This document shows, in pieces, positions 50,319 through 63,522 of a DNA stretch of 64,000 nt; the first letter of the stretch is position 1, and each line of letters begins with the position of its first letter. The translations under genes and the position numbers were made by a program. Source of the DNA: Neoconidiobolus thromboides FSU 785 (taxonomy: Eukaryota; Fungi; Entomophthoromycota); contig MU626301.1 of the NCBI GenBank assembly GCA_025603075.1, positions 62,001 to 126,000 on the forward strand, read 5' to 3'. The notes below the pieces were generated by a model. The model made no database searches. It worked only from the letters and a program-made list of their open reading frames with translations, and had not been told where the DNA came from.

Positions 50319-51114
50319 ATGAATGTTACTAGAATTATATCCTCATCATCAAAAAGTAAATACCAATCAAGTTAAATAATATGACTCTAACTTTAATATA
50401 TAGGTAGTATAAGTAAAAGATGGTCTTGTTTCTCTACTATTTCAAAAGGTATTTCGCCATTATATTATTTAAACACATTTAATGCTCTCATTAGTTATGA
50501 ATAGTGAAGATATTTCTTCTTTTAAATTTAAAACAAAAGAGGACCTTATTTCAAATCCACCAAAAACTGCCTTTAATCGTAAGGTAGCTGATAGAAAATT
50601 ATATTTAATCCAAGGATATTATGAAAGATTACAAAGTCCGTTAGTAATGGTGTATCAACATAACAATTTAAATGTTCCAGAATACAGAGCTTTACAACAA
50701 CAAGTAGCTAAGTTGGGATGCAGGGTACAAACCACACGTACTGGTATAATGAAAACTGCATTAAGAGATTCTCCTTTTGAAGCTATGAGAACGTTGTTTA
50801 ATGGCCCAACTTTAATCATTTATGCTCATGATTTAAAAGAAGGAGAAACTACGTCTTCTGCCGCTAAGAAAGTACATGATTCTTTAGCAAAGAACAAAAA
50901 GCTCATTTTTATTGGTGCTAAAGCTGAACAGTTCTTATTCAGTGAAGCAACTTTCAGCCACTTTATGAGTTTACCTTCACTCCAAACCTTACAAGCACAA
51001 TTGCTTGGCTCACTTCAAGTCCAACCCTCTCGTCTTATCTCTTTATTGGGACAAGAATCGCAACTTCTTTCTCGTCTCCTTACACAACACAAGGAAAATC
51101 AAGAATCTAAATAG
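50319..51114 (+). CDS. MRPL11: Mitochondrial ribosomal protein uL10m
   Basis: Two short presequence exons, then the L10 domain (VMVYQHNNLNVPEYRALQQQV..., LFNGPT, SLPSLQTLQAQLLGSL). Confidence 0.75.
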
Positions 51115-51300
51115 ACAAATAAAAAAGTATTAATTTTAAATTAAAAGTGTTAATAAATAGCTAGTTTTGGAACTAACTAAAAAAACTGATAGCTTTTCTG
51201 AATATAGATCTATTTCATATTTCTAACCTTTAATAGTTTATAATTAAAAACAGTATATCAATTTCATGTAATGTAAAGATATAATTGTAAATTTGTCTCT

Positions 51301-52359
51301 TTATTCTACGATTTTATAAATTTGACTCAATGTATGATCTAATGAAGCCAAATCGTGTGCAAATGATCTAAGAATCTGTGCTTCAAGGAAATGAACTTGG
51401 CTTCCTACTATGATTAAAGAGTGTAAAGGTTCTCCCATGTCAACTTCTTCAGCCATTTGTTTTAAAGTTGAACAAACGATCTTTTGAGTTGGAGAACCAA
51501 TTCTAGCAATACCAATTACTAAAGTGTTATCAGGATGATAAACTCCCTCATTTCTTTTTTCTTCAATTTCGATAAGCTGTTGAGCAGCAAGGCTTGCTGA
51601 CATATAACGTGGAGGTTCATATATTTTACGTCCTCTAAATAAAGGCATAAATAAATGGTCACTTGATTTGAGTTATTTAAATTACCTAGCCATGTTTTCA
51701 TAACTTTGTTCTTTAACCTTGATATCTATAAAGTTTTAAAATGGTGTTTCTAAATATAAAACTACACTACCTAATAGGCACAATGTATGTAGCCCAATAT
51801 TTGTGTTTGCTTTTATTTTATCATAGAATGAATCTGGTCTCCAATTATCATTAAAAAATACAATCGAAATGGTTTGACCAAAGTTATATAATTGCAATCC
51901 ACATGCACCAACAGCGTTCATAATTGATGCATTATGAATAGATTCAACTTTTATACCTAGTTCTCGAGCACGAATAACTAAATCAGTATGAGTCGTAGCC
52001 CTTTTGAAGTTATTTTTTAATTTCATATATAAATAATAAAATTACCCAAATGGATCTCCAACTACTAAGAAAGCAACATTATTCTCTTTAGCTTCTTCCA
52101 ACATTAAATCGCAACCAGATTCTACCATTTCTCTATCTGCTACTTCGACCTTTTTACCATATAGTGCTTCCTATAAATTAAATTAAAAATTAAACATTTG
52201 ATAGTTACTTAAAATTCTCATTACCAATTTTGAAGTTTCAACAGTTAAGATAGAGGTGTAATGCTCCAAATAAATTTTCTCACATGATTTAACAGCATTT
52301 AAACCCTTGACAGTAATGTCATATTCGTCACATAATCCCAATCCTACAATATATAACAT
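51301..52359 (-). CDS. DPH5: Diphthine methyl ester synthase
   Basis: [89 protein letters not shown]. Confidence 0.95.
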
Positions 52360-52878
52360 TTTTTTACTTTATAAAATTAAAAGACAGATTTTCAAAATTT
52401 TAATTTTAGTGCATATATCGAATTAAACTAATATTTTCTAGTATTTTATTTTACGAATGAAGTCTTAAGATTTATAAACTGGTATTTAAAAATACTATAA
52501 TGGTTCTTCACTTAGTCTTGTTGATATATATGTCAACGGTGTTTTTGGTAAATGGCTATATTATGGTTTTTTAAAAAGAAATGTAAGTTTCGCCATTTAT
52601 TAAACACAAACGATTATTAAATAGAACGAATAATTTTGCCGTAAAAGTTTAAATGGTTTCTAGACAATAGTAATATATACGCTAGTTTAATACTATAACA
52701 GTTTTTTATACCTTTTAGACTTGAATGAATTTTTTACAGTGATAATTTTACTATGGATTAGTACGCTTACAGATAATATCATAAGGCTAATAATGTTAAT
52801 AATCTAAAAAATAGGATAAAGTATTTGCATAAAATAAGAAGTCAAACTGTTTAAATAAAAAACTCAAGTTTCTGGTAT

Positions 52879-55164
52879 ATGAAAATTAAAAATAAAAACA
52901 TAATTAAAGATAAATTGATTGATTCTATTTTATTAAAAGATAGAAAGGTATTTATCAGGATTTATCTAACTTTAATATTTGTTCGGTTCCTCTTATCTTA
53001 TAGTTTTGGATACATTCATCCTGATGAGTTTTTTCAATCTGGTGAAATCTTAGCAAGTAACTTACAGAACAATTTTGTACAAATTTATCTAATGTTGGTG
53101 TTTTAGGAGATATTTTGGATATAGATACTTTAGTTACTTGGGAGTTTAATCCTTCATTTCCTTGTCGGTCAATAGTATTCCCGTAAAGCAGTTTAATGTA
53201 AATTAATATATTATAAATTTTGGTATTATAGATATATATTTGGGGCACCGCCATTTTACGCATTTAAATTCTTAATTAAGTACTATCCATCATTTAATTC
53301 GACCTTATTTTTATATATCTTTCAGAGAACTTATTCAACTATTTTGAGTTTATTAATTGACTTTTCACTTTATAAGCTAATAGAGGATAAGTTGACTGTT
53401 AAAAGAGGATTATTGTTATTATGGTCAACCAGCTATTTAGTCACAAGTTATTTTACTCATTCTTTTTCTAATTCTGCTGAAACTATAATATTGGGAATAT
53501 GTTTATTATCAGGAAAATTTTCCTATAATTACTCTATAAAAGGGTTTGATGAAAGGATAGGTTTAAAAAATAAGAGATTATTGGTAATTACATAAGCCAA
53601 CTATAAATGATAATATAATATTTTGATTTTAGACTCGTTTTATACTAGGGCTCTTTGTGTCTATTGGAGTTATGACACGCGTCACCTTTATCTTTTTCTT
53701 ACTACCATTGTCATTTTACTGTATTTATTGTTCATTCAAAGGTATAATGTTTGTCAAAAAAAGGTAAACTTCGTTATTGTATAAATATTTTATGCATAAA
53801 TTAACATATTAATAGATATAGATTGTGGTTATGGTTATTTAGAGAATCCTTTTTTATAATTTCATTTATAGCATCATTGTATTTATTTGTATTTATCGAT
53901 TCAGTTTATTTTCGAAACGATCTAAAGCTGAGTGATGGGCTATATCCTAGCAAAATTAAAGACAAACTTATATTTACATTTTTAAATAACATCAGATATA
54001 ACATGAATAGTGATAACCTAGCTATTCATGGTATTCATCCAAGATATTTAAACTTAATAGTCAATATGCCTTTGCTATTTTTGCCATGCATTATAGCAAT
54101 TATAGTTGACTATAAAGCTATGATGACAAATTACATCTCAAAGTGTAATTATTATTAACATAGATATGCTGATATTAATTATTTTTTAGTGATGCTAAGT
54201 ACTATAATCTCAGGTACTACTTTTCTTTCGTTTATCCCACATCAAGAACCAAGATTCTTGATTCCACTTAGTATACCTTACTTTGTATTAAGTAAATCTT
54301 TATTAAAGTTTCATGAAAAGAAATTTTTGGTAAGATTTCAATATCCGCTTTTAATATATTTAATAACATTTAATAATTTATTTATAGAATTTATGGTTGT
54401 TTTACAATATGCTCTTAGTCATGTTTTATTGCGGATTACACCAAGCTGGGGTTATACCTACGTTGATTCGTTTAAATAAGGATCCTGACATTAATTTAAA
54501 TTGTATTAATCTTCATAATGGTTTTGATACCTTTAATACTATTAAATGTAACGTTGATACAATAGGGAATGGAAGAGGTAATTTTATGATATACTACATT
54601 CATTTTTAAATAACTATTTGTTAGGTTTATGTGATAGCTATGTAACCTTTGTTTTTATGTATAAGTCTTTTATGGGACCGCGTCATCTTTTATATTCTAC
54701 CAATAATGATCAAAAACATACAATAATATTAAAAGATTTAATTGGAATAGATGATAATGAATTTCACAAATTTATAGAAAATTATCCGTCGCCTATTATA
54801 CAAACACACGATGGTTTGGATTCTATTTATTGGGAAAGAAAAAAAGATGAAATAACTAAGAGTATTACATGTTCGAGGTATTTAATATTATTTATGTATT
54901 TAAAGGTAACTAACGCTACTTACTAATAGAACTTTAGTTGTTACGACATCATCTCATATACAAAGTTGGAGTTCGAAAGCATTATTATCTGAATTAAAGT
55001 ATCACAATAGCTTCAACTATAATATGAGCATAATTTTAAAACAATTTCCTCATATTAATACTGATGAGATTGGTGTTATTATTCAACATTATTTGATAAA
55101 ATCAAAACCACTATCGCCGCTGGTATTATATACTACTCAGTTAATCAAAGTAATTAAAAATTAA
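52879..55164 (+). CDS. SMP3: GPI mannosyltransferase 4 (Smp3/PIG-Z family), many exons
   Basis: GYIHPDEFFQSGE, WEFNPSFPCRSI, HSFSNSAET, HGIHPRYLNLIVNMP, SFIPHQEPRFLIPL, LHQAGVIP. The 3' end is approximate. Confidence 0.85.
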
Positions 55165-55225
55165 CATATAAGATAATTGGATAAATATTTTAATTATGCA
55201 AATAATAAAAGAATATTCAAAGTTA

Positions 55226-55839
55226 TTAATTATTACTATTATCTAAGCGATCCATTAATTTACAAAACTCTTTTAAGCTTAGCTTGATTTCCTTTCTATT
55301 ATCATTCACACCAAATATAACGTTTGATAACCAATTGAAATCAAATCCTTTATCACCATCGATATCATTGTCATATGTTTTTTGATTTTTAGCTATTTCT
55401 AACATATCAATTAGTTCCTCATCCGGAATTGGATCTTTTCTCAAAGCTGCTGGGTTGAGGTCACCAGATATTCTACGTAGATCATTTAAATTAATATATC
55501 CTTTCGAGTCTTTATCTACCAAACGAAAAATATCAATGTAATGCTTTACTGGGTCAAATACTAGCTATAAAATTATTATTTGGTATAATTTTAACAATTT
55601 AATAATATTACCATTGCAGTTTCTGCCAGATCTTTGAATTTTCCAAAATTAATTGGAGCCGAATTTTTATTTAATCCTTCAGCTTCTAGTAATTGGTGCT
55701 TCAAATCATCATTTTTAATATTTATATTTATAGCTCTTAGTGAAGGAATTATATCTTCAATGCTCAATAATTTTGTATTGGGATCACAGAATGCTTTAAA
55801 GGAATGATAAGGGTCATAAACATTGCTATTATTATCCAT
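55226..55839 (-). CDS. Divergent calmodulin/centrin-like EF-hand protein (2 exons)
   Basis: Four-helix-pair layout; one clear EF loop (FRLVDKDSKGYINLNDLRRI); SLRAININI..DDL and PDEELIDMLEIA resemble centrin/calmodulin linkers. Confidence 0.6.
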
Positions 55840-55946
55840 CTTAATTAAAAATCAACCAACAATTTTTCATTTCATACTTAAATTAGACTGCAAAAGTTAG
55901 TTTATATTCTGCAACCTGTAATTTGCTTTTTTACTTTTTTATTAAA

Positions 55947-56210
55947 ATGGCCAAAAAAGCTAAAGCACGGTATTTCAACACTAACTTAAATATGTTAAAT
56001 TCTAATATATAAAAGCACAATATTAGTTAAATTATTAAGTACTGCCAAAACTGGTTATTTCTATGTACGTTCTAGACCTCGTGTTTCGCCCAAATTATCT
56101 TTTATGAAATTTGATCCAAAAAGTAAGTTAGCAAATATTTATTATACATTCTTTTAATCATAATTTTAGTTAATCAACATGTGCTTTTTACTGAAAGTAA
56201 AATGAAATAA
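55947..56210 (+). CDS. MRPL39: Mitochondrial ribosomal protein bL33m (3 exons); not in ORF track
   Basis: Spliced product [56 protein letters not shown]. Confidence 0.92.
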
Positions 56211-56476
56211 TAGAATAAAGATTAGATTAATACCACTTTTTATCATTATAAATCAAATAAAATAGTTTTGTAATAAACCGAAGTATCATTATTTTGATGT
56301 GTTTAAATAGGAAAATTATCAAAATTTTATTGTTAAGATTTATTATAGTTTTAAGTATTAAGTTTATTAGCTTTATTTTTTAATATACTCAAACAAAAGG
56401 TTACATAATTAAAGCCAGGTGTAGAGTTTTTTAAATAATTTTATTTCAAATTTGTAACAAGATCGAAGCTTTATTT

Positions 56477-57154
56477 TCATGGAGAAACATACTTGAATTC
56501 TCCTGAACGAGTGACAACAGGGAATACTATGCTTGATAAAGACTTTTCTCCTTCTTCTAAACCAGCAGTAATTGTTTCACCAGCTATTACTGGCCCAACA
56601 CCTTTTGGAGTACCAGTTAATATCAAATCCCCTTCCTCTAAGCGCATGATTTGAGAAACGTGAGAAATGAGTTGAGGTATTTTAAACATCATGTCTGAAG
56701 TATTTCCGTTTTGTTTAACAATATCGTTTACTTTTAGCCATAATTTTAAATTATGAGGATCTTGAACTTTATCTTTTTCAATAAAAGAACCTACAGGGGT
56801 GAAAGTATCAAACCCTTTTGCGGCTGACCAGGGTAGACCTTTTTTTTTAACATCATTTTGCATATTTCTTGCAGTCATATCAATAGCTAATGTATAACCT
56901 GAAACATAATCAAATGCCTTTTCGGGCTCGATATCTCTACCTTCTTTTCCAATAACTACACCTAACTCAATCTCATAATGACAATCGCATCCGTTTGGCA
57001 ATTCAATCGAATTTGGCGCTTGAACATAAGAGCTGGTAGGCTTAAGGAAGAAAAAAGGTGCTTTTGGTACAGCATTATTTAATTCCTTAGCATGGTCCAC
57101 AAAGTTACGGCCAATAGCAATGACTTTTTTTCCTACTCTACAGAAATCTTTCAT
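56477..57154 (-). CDS. FAHD1: FAHD1-like hydrolase, copy 2, intronless
   Basis: AIGRNFVDHAKEL, FFLKPTSSY, YEIELGVVIG, IDMTARNMQ, AKGFDTFTP, GDLILTGTPKGVG. Confidence 0.92.
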   Translation of the reverse strand: MKDFCRVGKKVIAIGRNFVDHAKELNNAVPKAPFFFLKPTSSYVQAPNSIELPNGCDCHYEIELGVVIGKEGRDIEPEKAFDYVSGYTLAIDMTARNMQNDVKKKGLPWSAAKGFDTFTPVGSFIEKDKVQDPHNLKLWLKVNDIVKQNGNTSDMMFKIPQLISHVSQIMRLEEGDLILTGTPKGVGPVIAGETITAGLEEGEKSLSSIVFPVVTRSGEFKYVSP

Positions 57155-57549
57155 GGTATTATTAAGCTTAAGTTACTTTATTTTTTAGATTTAATTAAAT
57201 TTCGATAAGCTTATAATTTTATTTGTCATTCATATTAAATGACTATTGTATCATAGGATTTATTTAAAGCTTAAACAATTCTTTAAAGTTTGGGATATTT
57301 AAATCAAAAAGTTACATTCAATAATAACAACCTATTTTCGTTCATTAATTTGATTAGCAAATCATTTCTTGACTTTTACTTGAATTAACAAATTAAAATT
57401 CATAAATTTCTATTAAGTTATTGGGCTGTTAACTTTATATGTTCAATCTATAATTTGGAGCAAAATAATTGCATAATCTACAGCAAAAATCTAAAATTGG
57501 ATAATTTTTTGGGTCAAATAGTATCAATCAAATACGATAAGCATTTATT

Positions 57550-59012
57550 ATGAGTAGCAATAATAAAAATTTTGAGGAGAGTTTAGAGCAAAACAATAAA
57601 AGTAAAGATAATACTTTATCTACTAATAATATTTCAAACCCTTCAATTTCTAATGTAAATGGACTGGGGGGCTCTATTAAAAGCTTAAATTCTCCTCTTC
57701 CAATTTCAGAAAATGTAAACCTTCAGCAGGCAGAGGAATCTATAGCGCTTGCTTCACAAAAGTCAAACTCAACTTCAAAGCCTCAAACTGGTACTAATAA
57801 GTCGACACAATATAGTAGGAAATCCATAAAACCCCCTCATCAAAAGGACTCACTAAAAAATTTGCTGTACAATAATTCTAAGAGCACCAGTTTTTCAAGT
57901 TATTTATCAGATACCGAAAAGAAACAGCCAATATATCCTAACCTTGTTAGAGGGTTCAATTCTCAATATAATAACGCCAATTTTTCGCCTAAAGCTAATA
58001 TTAATGGTACTTTATATTCAAATTTGTTCATTATAGATTTATGATTTAATAGATCCAAATTTGGCACTAAAAAGTTTATCGAGTTTGTCACCTATATCTC
58101 CTGTTCCTAATAAACTACCGTTAGCACCGAGAGGGTCTATACCACAGAATATTTTACAAAGCCAAGTCAAGTTTAGTTCACCACTTAATCCTGACAAAAA
58201 AAACAAAAGAGAGCTGTTGAAAAGTGGTGAAATTAGTGATGGATCATTAAAACAAATAAGACGGTATTCTCGTAATGGGAAATCAGTAAATTTTCTATTA
58301 CTATTTAATATGCTAAAGTTAATCGATTTAAGGTAAGTACACCATTAAGCACAAGCTCAACCCCAATTCCATCTAGTATAGGATTATCTTCAACTTCTAC
58401 CCTTGGTCCACCTTATAAGCAAATAAAGACGAAAGAAGAAATTGAACACAATGCAAAGGTTATTGAAAAGTAAGCTTATGGTCTTTTTTAAGATAATTCT
58501 AACTTTTGTAGGATAAGCATAGCGCTTGAAAAAGACAAAATAGCAGTTATAAATCCAGAATATAAAAATAGCTTTAAAGATTTTAACGATGTTTTAGAGA
58601 GGCTTCTTCCTTATCATATTTATCAATACGATGAAAAGTCAATTAAGCCTACATATAACTCAATACTATTAGGTATAATGTTAATTTATTATTTATAGTT
58701 ATATTAACAAAGTTAAAAGATAAAAAGGAAGCTAATATTTCACAAAGATATAAAATTGTTTCCGATAAGATAGAAAATTATAAAAGAAAAATAAATGAGG
58801 TAGAATCATTATAATAAAATATAATAACAACTAAAAATTTATTAAGGAAAATTATGAGACAAAACATTTAAATATTATCATTGACAAATTTTTACTAAAT
58901 AATGATATACCATTTCAAGGATTTAATATTAATAATAGAATTACAACAGCGTCGCCGTCCAATGCTTCATCAAATCAAAGAGCAACTCCAGATAACTAAT
59001 CACATGTATTAA
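57550..59012 (+). CDS. Ser/Asn-rich protein with a C-terminal GLTSCR1-like domain
   Basis: Long low-complexity N-terminus; spliced exon KDKIAVINPEYKNSFKDFNDVLERLLPYHIYQY matches the recalled GLTSCR1 consensus PD..PF....DA..RLLPYH. The 3' exons are approximate. Confidence 0.6.
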
Positions 59013-59161
59013 TGAAAACTTTATATAAATAAAAGAAGTCAAGTGGGAATAAATAGATTGTATAATTTTACCAAATTATAATCTAGATTACTTTAATTTA
59101 ATAAATGTTTATTAAGTTTATTTTTTTATTTCTTATAAAATGTGTTTTTTTATTTGAGATT

Positions 59162-62100
59162 TTAAGAGTGTATTTCCTCGGTCCCTTTCATTTGGAAGGT
59201 AATGGCTATATCAATATATTTGTTAATAACTTTGAGGACATCTGGTGCAAGATCGAGAGAAAGTAGAAGATTTTTGATTTTCGTTAATCCGTGTAAACCA
59301 ATGATATGCTTTAAACTCATCATTACTTGATTAGGGATCTATAACTCACATTAACAATTATAATTAACTATGTTAAATCATTCTTACTTGACACGAATTA
59401 TAAAGCTTTTCAAAGTACATAGCAAGCCTAATTAATGCACCCATTATAAGCTGAAGTTCATTGTCTTTGGTATGTTGCTCTAAAAGAAAAGCCCATGATC
59501 TTGGTGAAAAAAGTTGATGAACACAGTTTGTGTATGCATCCTGCCCTTCTTCCTAAAATAATTAATAAACATTTAATATCTAAATTTTGACGTTACAATT
59601 CTATGAAGTCGGAGGCAAAGATCACCCAATGACTCCCATTCATGTCCAGAATAACGATAAGTTAAACGTTGAGATCTTGTTCCACTCATTTCGGCTCTCC
59701 AGGAAGTAAAAGCTCTAAGATCTTCATAAAGTACCATAAAGAGATTATCCAACCATCTCTCGCATAACCTCTTATGATTGAATTTGGATGAAGAGTCGCT
59801 TCTATTTGAAAGTTGAGAAGGTGGGGGAGATATATTTTTAACACTTTGGACAGGACTATCTTCAGCAGCAGATTTACTACTGAGAGAGTCATCATTAACT
59901 TTAGTAATTGATCCTTCTAAAATATTAATAATGTTAAATAAAAAATTTAAAACGCGGTAGAAATGCTACCTTTAATTGAATTGTTCGAACTTATTGAAAT
60001 ATCATTATTATTTAAAACTAAATCTTCGTATGGTTTTTCTAGTTCACTAATTTCGTTATCGCTTTTCTCATCAGCATTTGGTGTTAATGAAACATCATTA
60101 AAGCCATCATTATTTTCATTTAATGATCCTTCTTTTACAGAATTTTCGCTTTCACTTTCATGCTCCTTTTCAGGTTCCTTTTCTTTTTCCTCTTTATTTC
60201 CTTCTTCATTTTCATTTTCATTTTCATTTTCAGTTGTTTTAATCTCTTCAAAAGCAACGTCTTCTTGAGTTGGTTCAATTTCTTTTACGGCCAAATCGGT
60301 GTCAATTTCATTATTAATTTCATTATTAATTTCAATATTATCATTAGTATGGCTTTCATTATTATTTAATACCTGCTTTGAGTTATCAGGTACTTCGAGA
60401 GTAGTTGAAATTGAACTCTCTTTCTCTATACTATTTTCATTTTTTTCTTCATTTGATGGCGGAGATTTCATAGAATGGCTACTTCCATTTCTAACGCTTT
60501 GTTTAGTATTGGGTTGTATCACATCTTCTTTGGTTTTTTGCATACGGTACTCTTCTTCCATGACAAAGGATGAGGAACGATGATGGAGTAATTCATCCCA
60601 TCCGATTTTGGATGCAATTAATGTAAGAAGCTTATATGCTTTTGCAAAGGTCCCTTTTAATGCATTCCCAGGTAAGCGAGATAATGCAGTAGAAGACTAT
60701 TGTATTTAGAAAGATTATATATATATTTATGAATTTACCTCTTGTTCTGCTTCAGGATCTTCCTCAAGTCCATAAGCTAATATAGCCTCCGATTTTTGTG
60801 GAAAATGGGTTCTTTGTGGTGTAGGCATTTTTGGAAGCTCTCTTTCATTTATTGCAAACATGGGACAAGAATTTAATGTCAACAATGCCTGATAAAGTTA
60901 ACATGAATTAAATTAAATATAAACTAAATACCGTTTTATATTCTTTAAGTTCAACGTATAGCTCAGCAAGTTTAATCCAACTTCTAAACTCAGAAGGTGC
61001 AACATTCACAGCTCTACGAGTTAAAATAGTTGCTAAATCTAACCTACCCTATTTACTTTATGAATAAAGAGGTAGTAGTAAAAAAATGATATATACCTTC
61101 TTAATTAAAAATTCTGCTTGAGTTAAAAGTAAAGCGTATGATGAAGGCTTAAGCTTAAGTCCTTTACATAAAGCTTGAACTGCTAATATCTCTTGATCTG
61201 TTATATTTATTAAAAAATGCCAAATTTCAGATATAAATACAAACCTGTATCAATATAGCATTTAGCAAGCAGTGAGTTTATCTCAGGATCTATTTCTGCA
61301 AGCTTTGCAAAAAGATTTATTCCAGAATGATATCTACCAGTACTAATTAAATATTTCATTATTCCGTCAGTTAAATAATTATTGACATTTGTTGGAAACT
61401 GAAGATCTGCTTCCCCCCCTATCAAATGTCCTATTTAAAGTTAGAAAAACTTAGAACAGCAAAATATAATTTTTACCCTTCCAAAATAATGATTCAACAG
61501 CTTCAAAAAAACGAACTTCACTATCTAAATCAGGGATAATATTAAAGTAACGAAGTCCATCAACCTTATAAGTTAAATCATCGGAATAATGCATACTTCT
61601 AAGGACTGCTGAAATATAAGTCTCGACCCAATACTCATCTTTTATTGGAATCCTTAATATTTTTATTTAGTTACAAATATCTTAGTTTATTAAGGAATAT
61701 TACTTTTCAGCTTTGTTATTAACTGCATATGCTTCTACTCCTCCGGGAATTTTGACCTCAACACGAATATCTACACGAGAAAATGCATTATAACAACTAT
61801 AAATATTTAATTTACAATAATAAATATTTATAATATTTACCAATAAATTCCTGAGCGAACTCTCCAAACAGGAGCCTTAGCAAACCAGCCTTGTGGAACT
61901 TCCTATTTTTATTTTAATATAGATGTATAAATCATTATATTTATTACCATAAGGTAGGTTAACGAATTTAAGTATGCTGCCATAGTTGCTGAAGAAGATG
62001 CATCAAGCCCAAGCACGAAGTGATAGCATCCTAACTATAATTATTTTAATATTTTTAACTTCGGTTAATTATTGATAATACTTCTTTAATATTTGGTTTT

Positions 62101-62284
62101 GAATTGGTTTTAATCACATGGCATAAATCTGGTGGTCCAAGTTCTCTACATGTACCTTAAATGATTAATTTGGCTGCAACTTTTAATTTCAAAGTTATTT
62201 ACTAAGTGCTAGGGTACGTGTTGTTACGCATTCCCCCATATCATTTTCAAAGAATTCTGGGATATCCTTTAAAGTATCGCCCAT
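59162..62284 (-). CDS. BUD7: Exomer cargo adaptor of the ChAPs family (Bud7/Bch1-like)
   Basis: MGDTLKDIPEFFE, RELGPPDLCH, YHFVLGLDASSSATMAAYL, YNAFSRVDIRVEVKIPGGV, LLTLNSCPMF, LLPYHIF-like LLLRSMHYSDD region, RWNYSSSFV. Confidence 0.85.
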
Positions 62285-62574
62285 TTTAATAATAAACAAC
62301 AAATAGTGATAATTCTAATTAATAAATTAAATATTGAGTTATCAATTTAAAGCCACATAGCACATTCATTTAATTGGTGCTTTTTTAATCTAGTTTTTAA
62401 TTTTAAATTAGAGCATGGATGTAAATTATTGGATAATGATAATAAAACAGAAGTGTTCTTTTTGATTGAGTTTTATTTCAAACTTAACATTTTATGTAGA
62501 TAATGTAAGTAAAGTACATTCTCAAAACAAGCTCTGGGTTTAGTATGGTAAAAAAGCATTATGGTTATACATGA

Positions 62575-62655
62575 TTTCATTACTTTTTCAATTTTTTAAG
62601 GACTGTTTGAGCAGAAAAATTGTTAGTAAAATTTAAATAAAACAATACATCCTTA
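62575..62655 (-). mobile_element. Truncated MITE-like copy (one end missing)
   Basis: ttcattactttttcaattttttaaggactgtttgagcagaaaaattgttagtaaaatttaaataaaacaatacatcct is the reverse complement of the left four-fifths of the consensus. Confidence 0.7.
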
Positions 62656-63046
62656 CTATAGTAAAAGCTATTATATTTTAGCACTTCATTTTTTTAACAT
62701 TAATTATAAAAAATGTTAAAAACTTCGCTTTTATATAAGCTTTTAACTATAAAAATATCAGTTTTCATATAATATCTAAAAAGTTTCATTAGAACATTAA
62801 TATCTGAAACATCTAAAAAGTTTTTTTTACTAAGCTTAAAGTAATTCCTGTACTAAAAAAGCTATTAAAATCTTCATAAAACATTAAAGCGGTGTTTTTA
62901 GTTATCAAGGAGTGTAAATATAAATTAACATAGGAATACCAGAATTATTTATTTTAAAATTGTTACTTTCTATTTGGTAGCGAAATTCTAAATTTAAATG
63001 TTTGAATACTTCAACATCTATTTTTGATAAACAAAAGTTTATTATT

Positions 63047-63522
63047 TTAATTTGTTTGTTCTTTTTCTTTTTCGTTATCTTTTTCTATATTATTATCGAG
63101 GTTTTTTAATTCCATTTCAATACGCTCTTTGGCTCTATAAATTTTAGATTGTAGATAGAAAGAACCACCTTTCTTTGGATCATTGATTTCAAATAATGTT
63201 TCATAGCGCTTTAGAATATTTAGAAAATGAATGTAAAATTTAACTATTAGCTACCTTAATAATACTTTCTAAGGGTGAATCTTTCTCTACATTAAGAATT
63301 TGACACGCTTCGTCTATTGTTATACCAGTTTTTTTTGTTACTTCATCTGCATCAGACTTTACAGCTGAGCGGTTTTGAGCAGCCTCTTCAAAAATTAATA
63401 ACTTAGAAAAATATAGAAATGAATTATTTACCAGCTGCGGCAACTTTATAGGCATCTACAAAGGCTCGTCCAACTATCTTTGTGCCAGATAGTACCACTT
63501 GAATTATTGCTCTTGCTGACAT
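63047..63522 (-). CDS. PAM16: Mitochondrial import motor subunit Pam16/Tim16
   Basis: [70 protein letters not shown]. Confidence 0.93.

Noticed and set aside
35911-55839. Calcium-signalling cluster (CNB1, PMC1, EF-hand gene)
   Set aside because: The genes are 9-10 kb apart and interleaved with unrelated housekeeping genes; no evidence beyond chance without synteny data.
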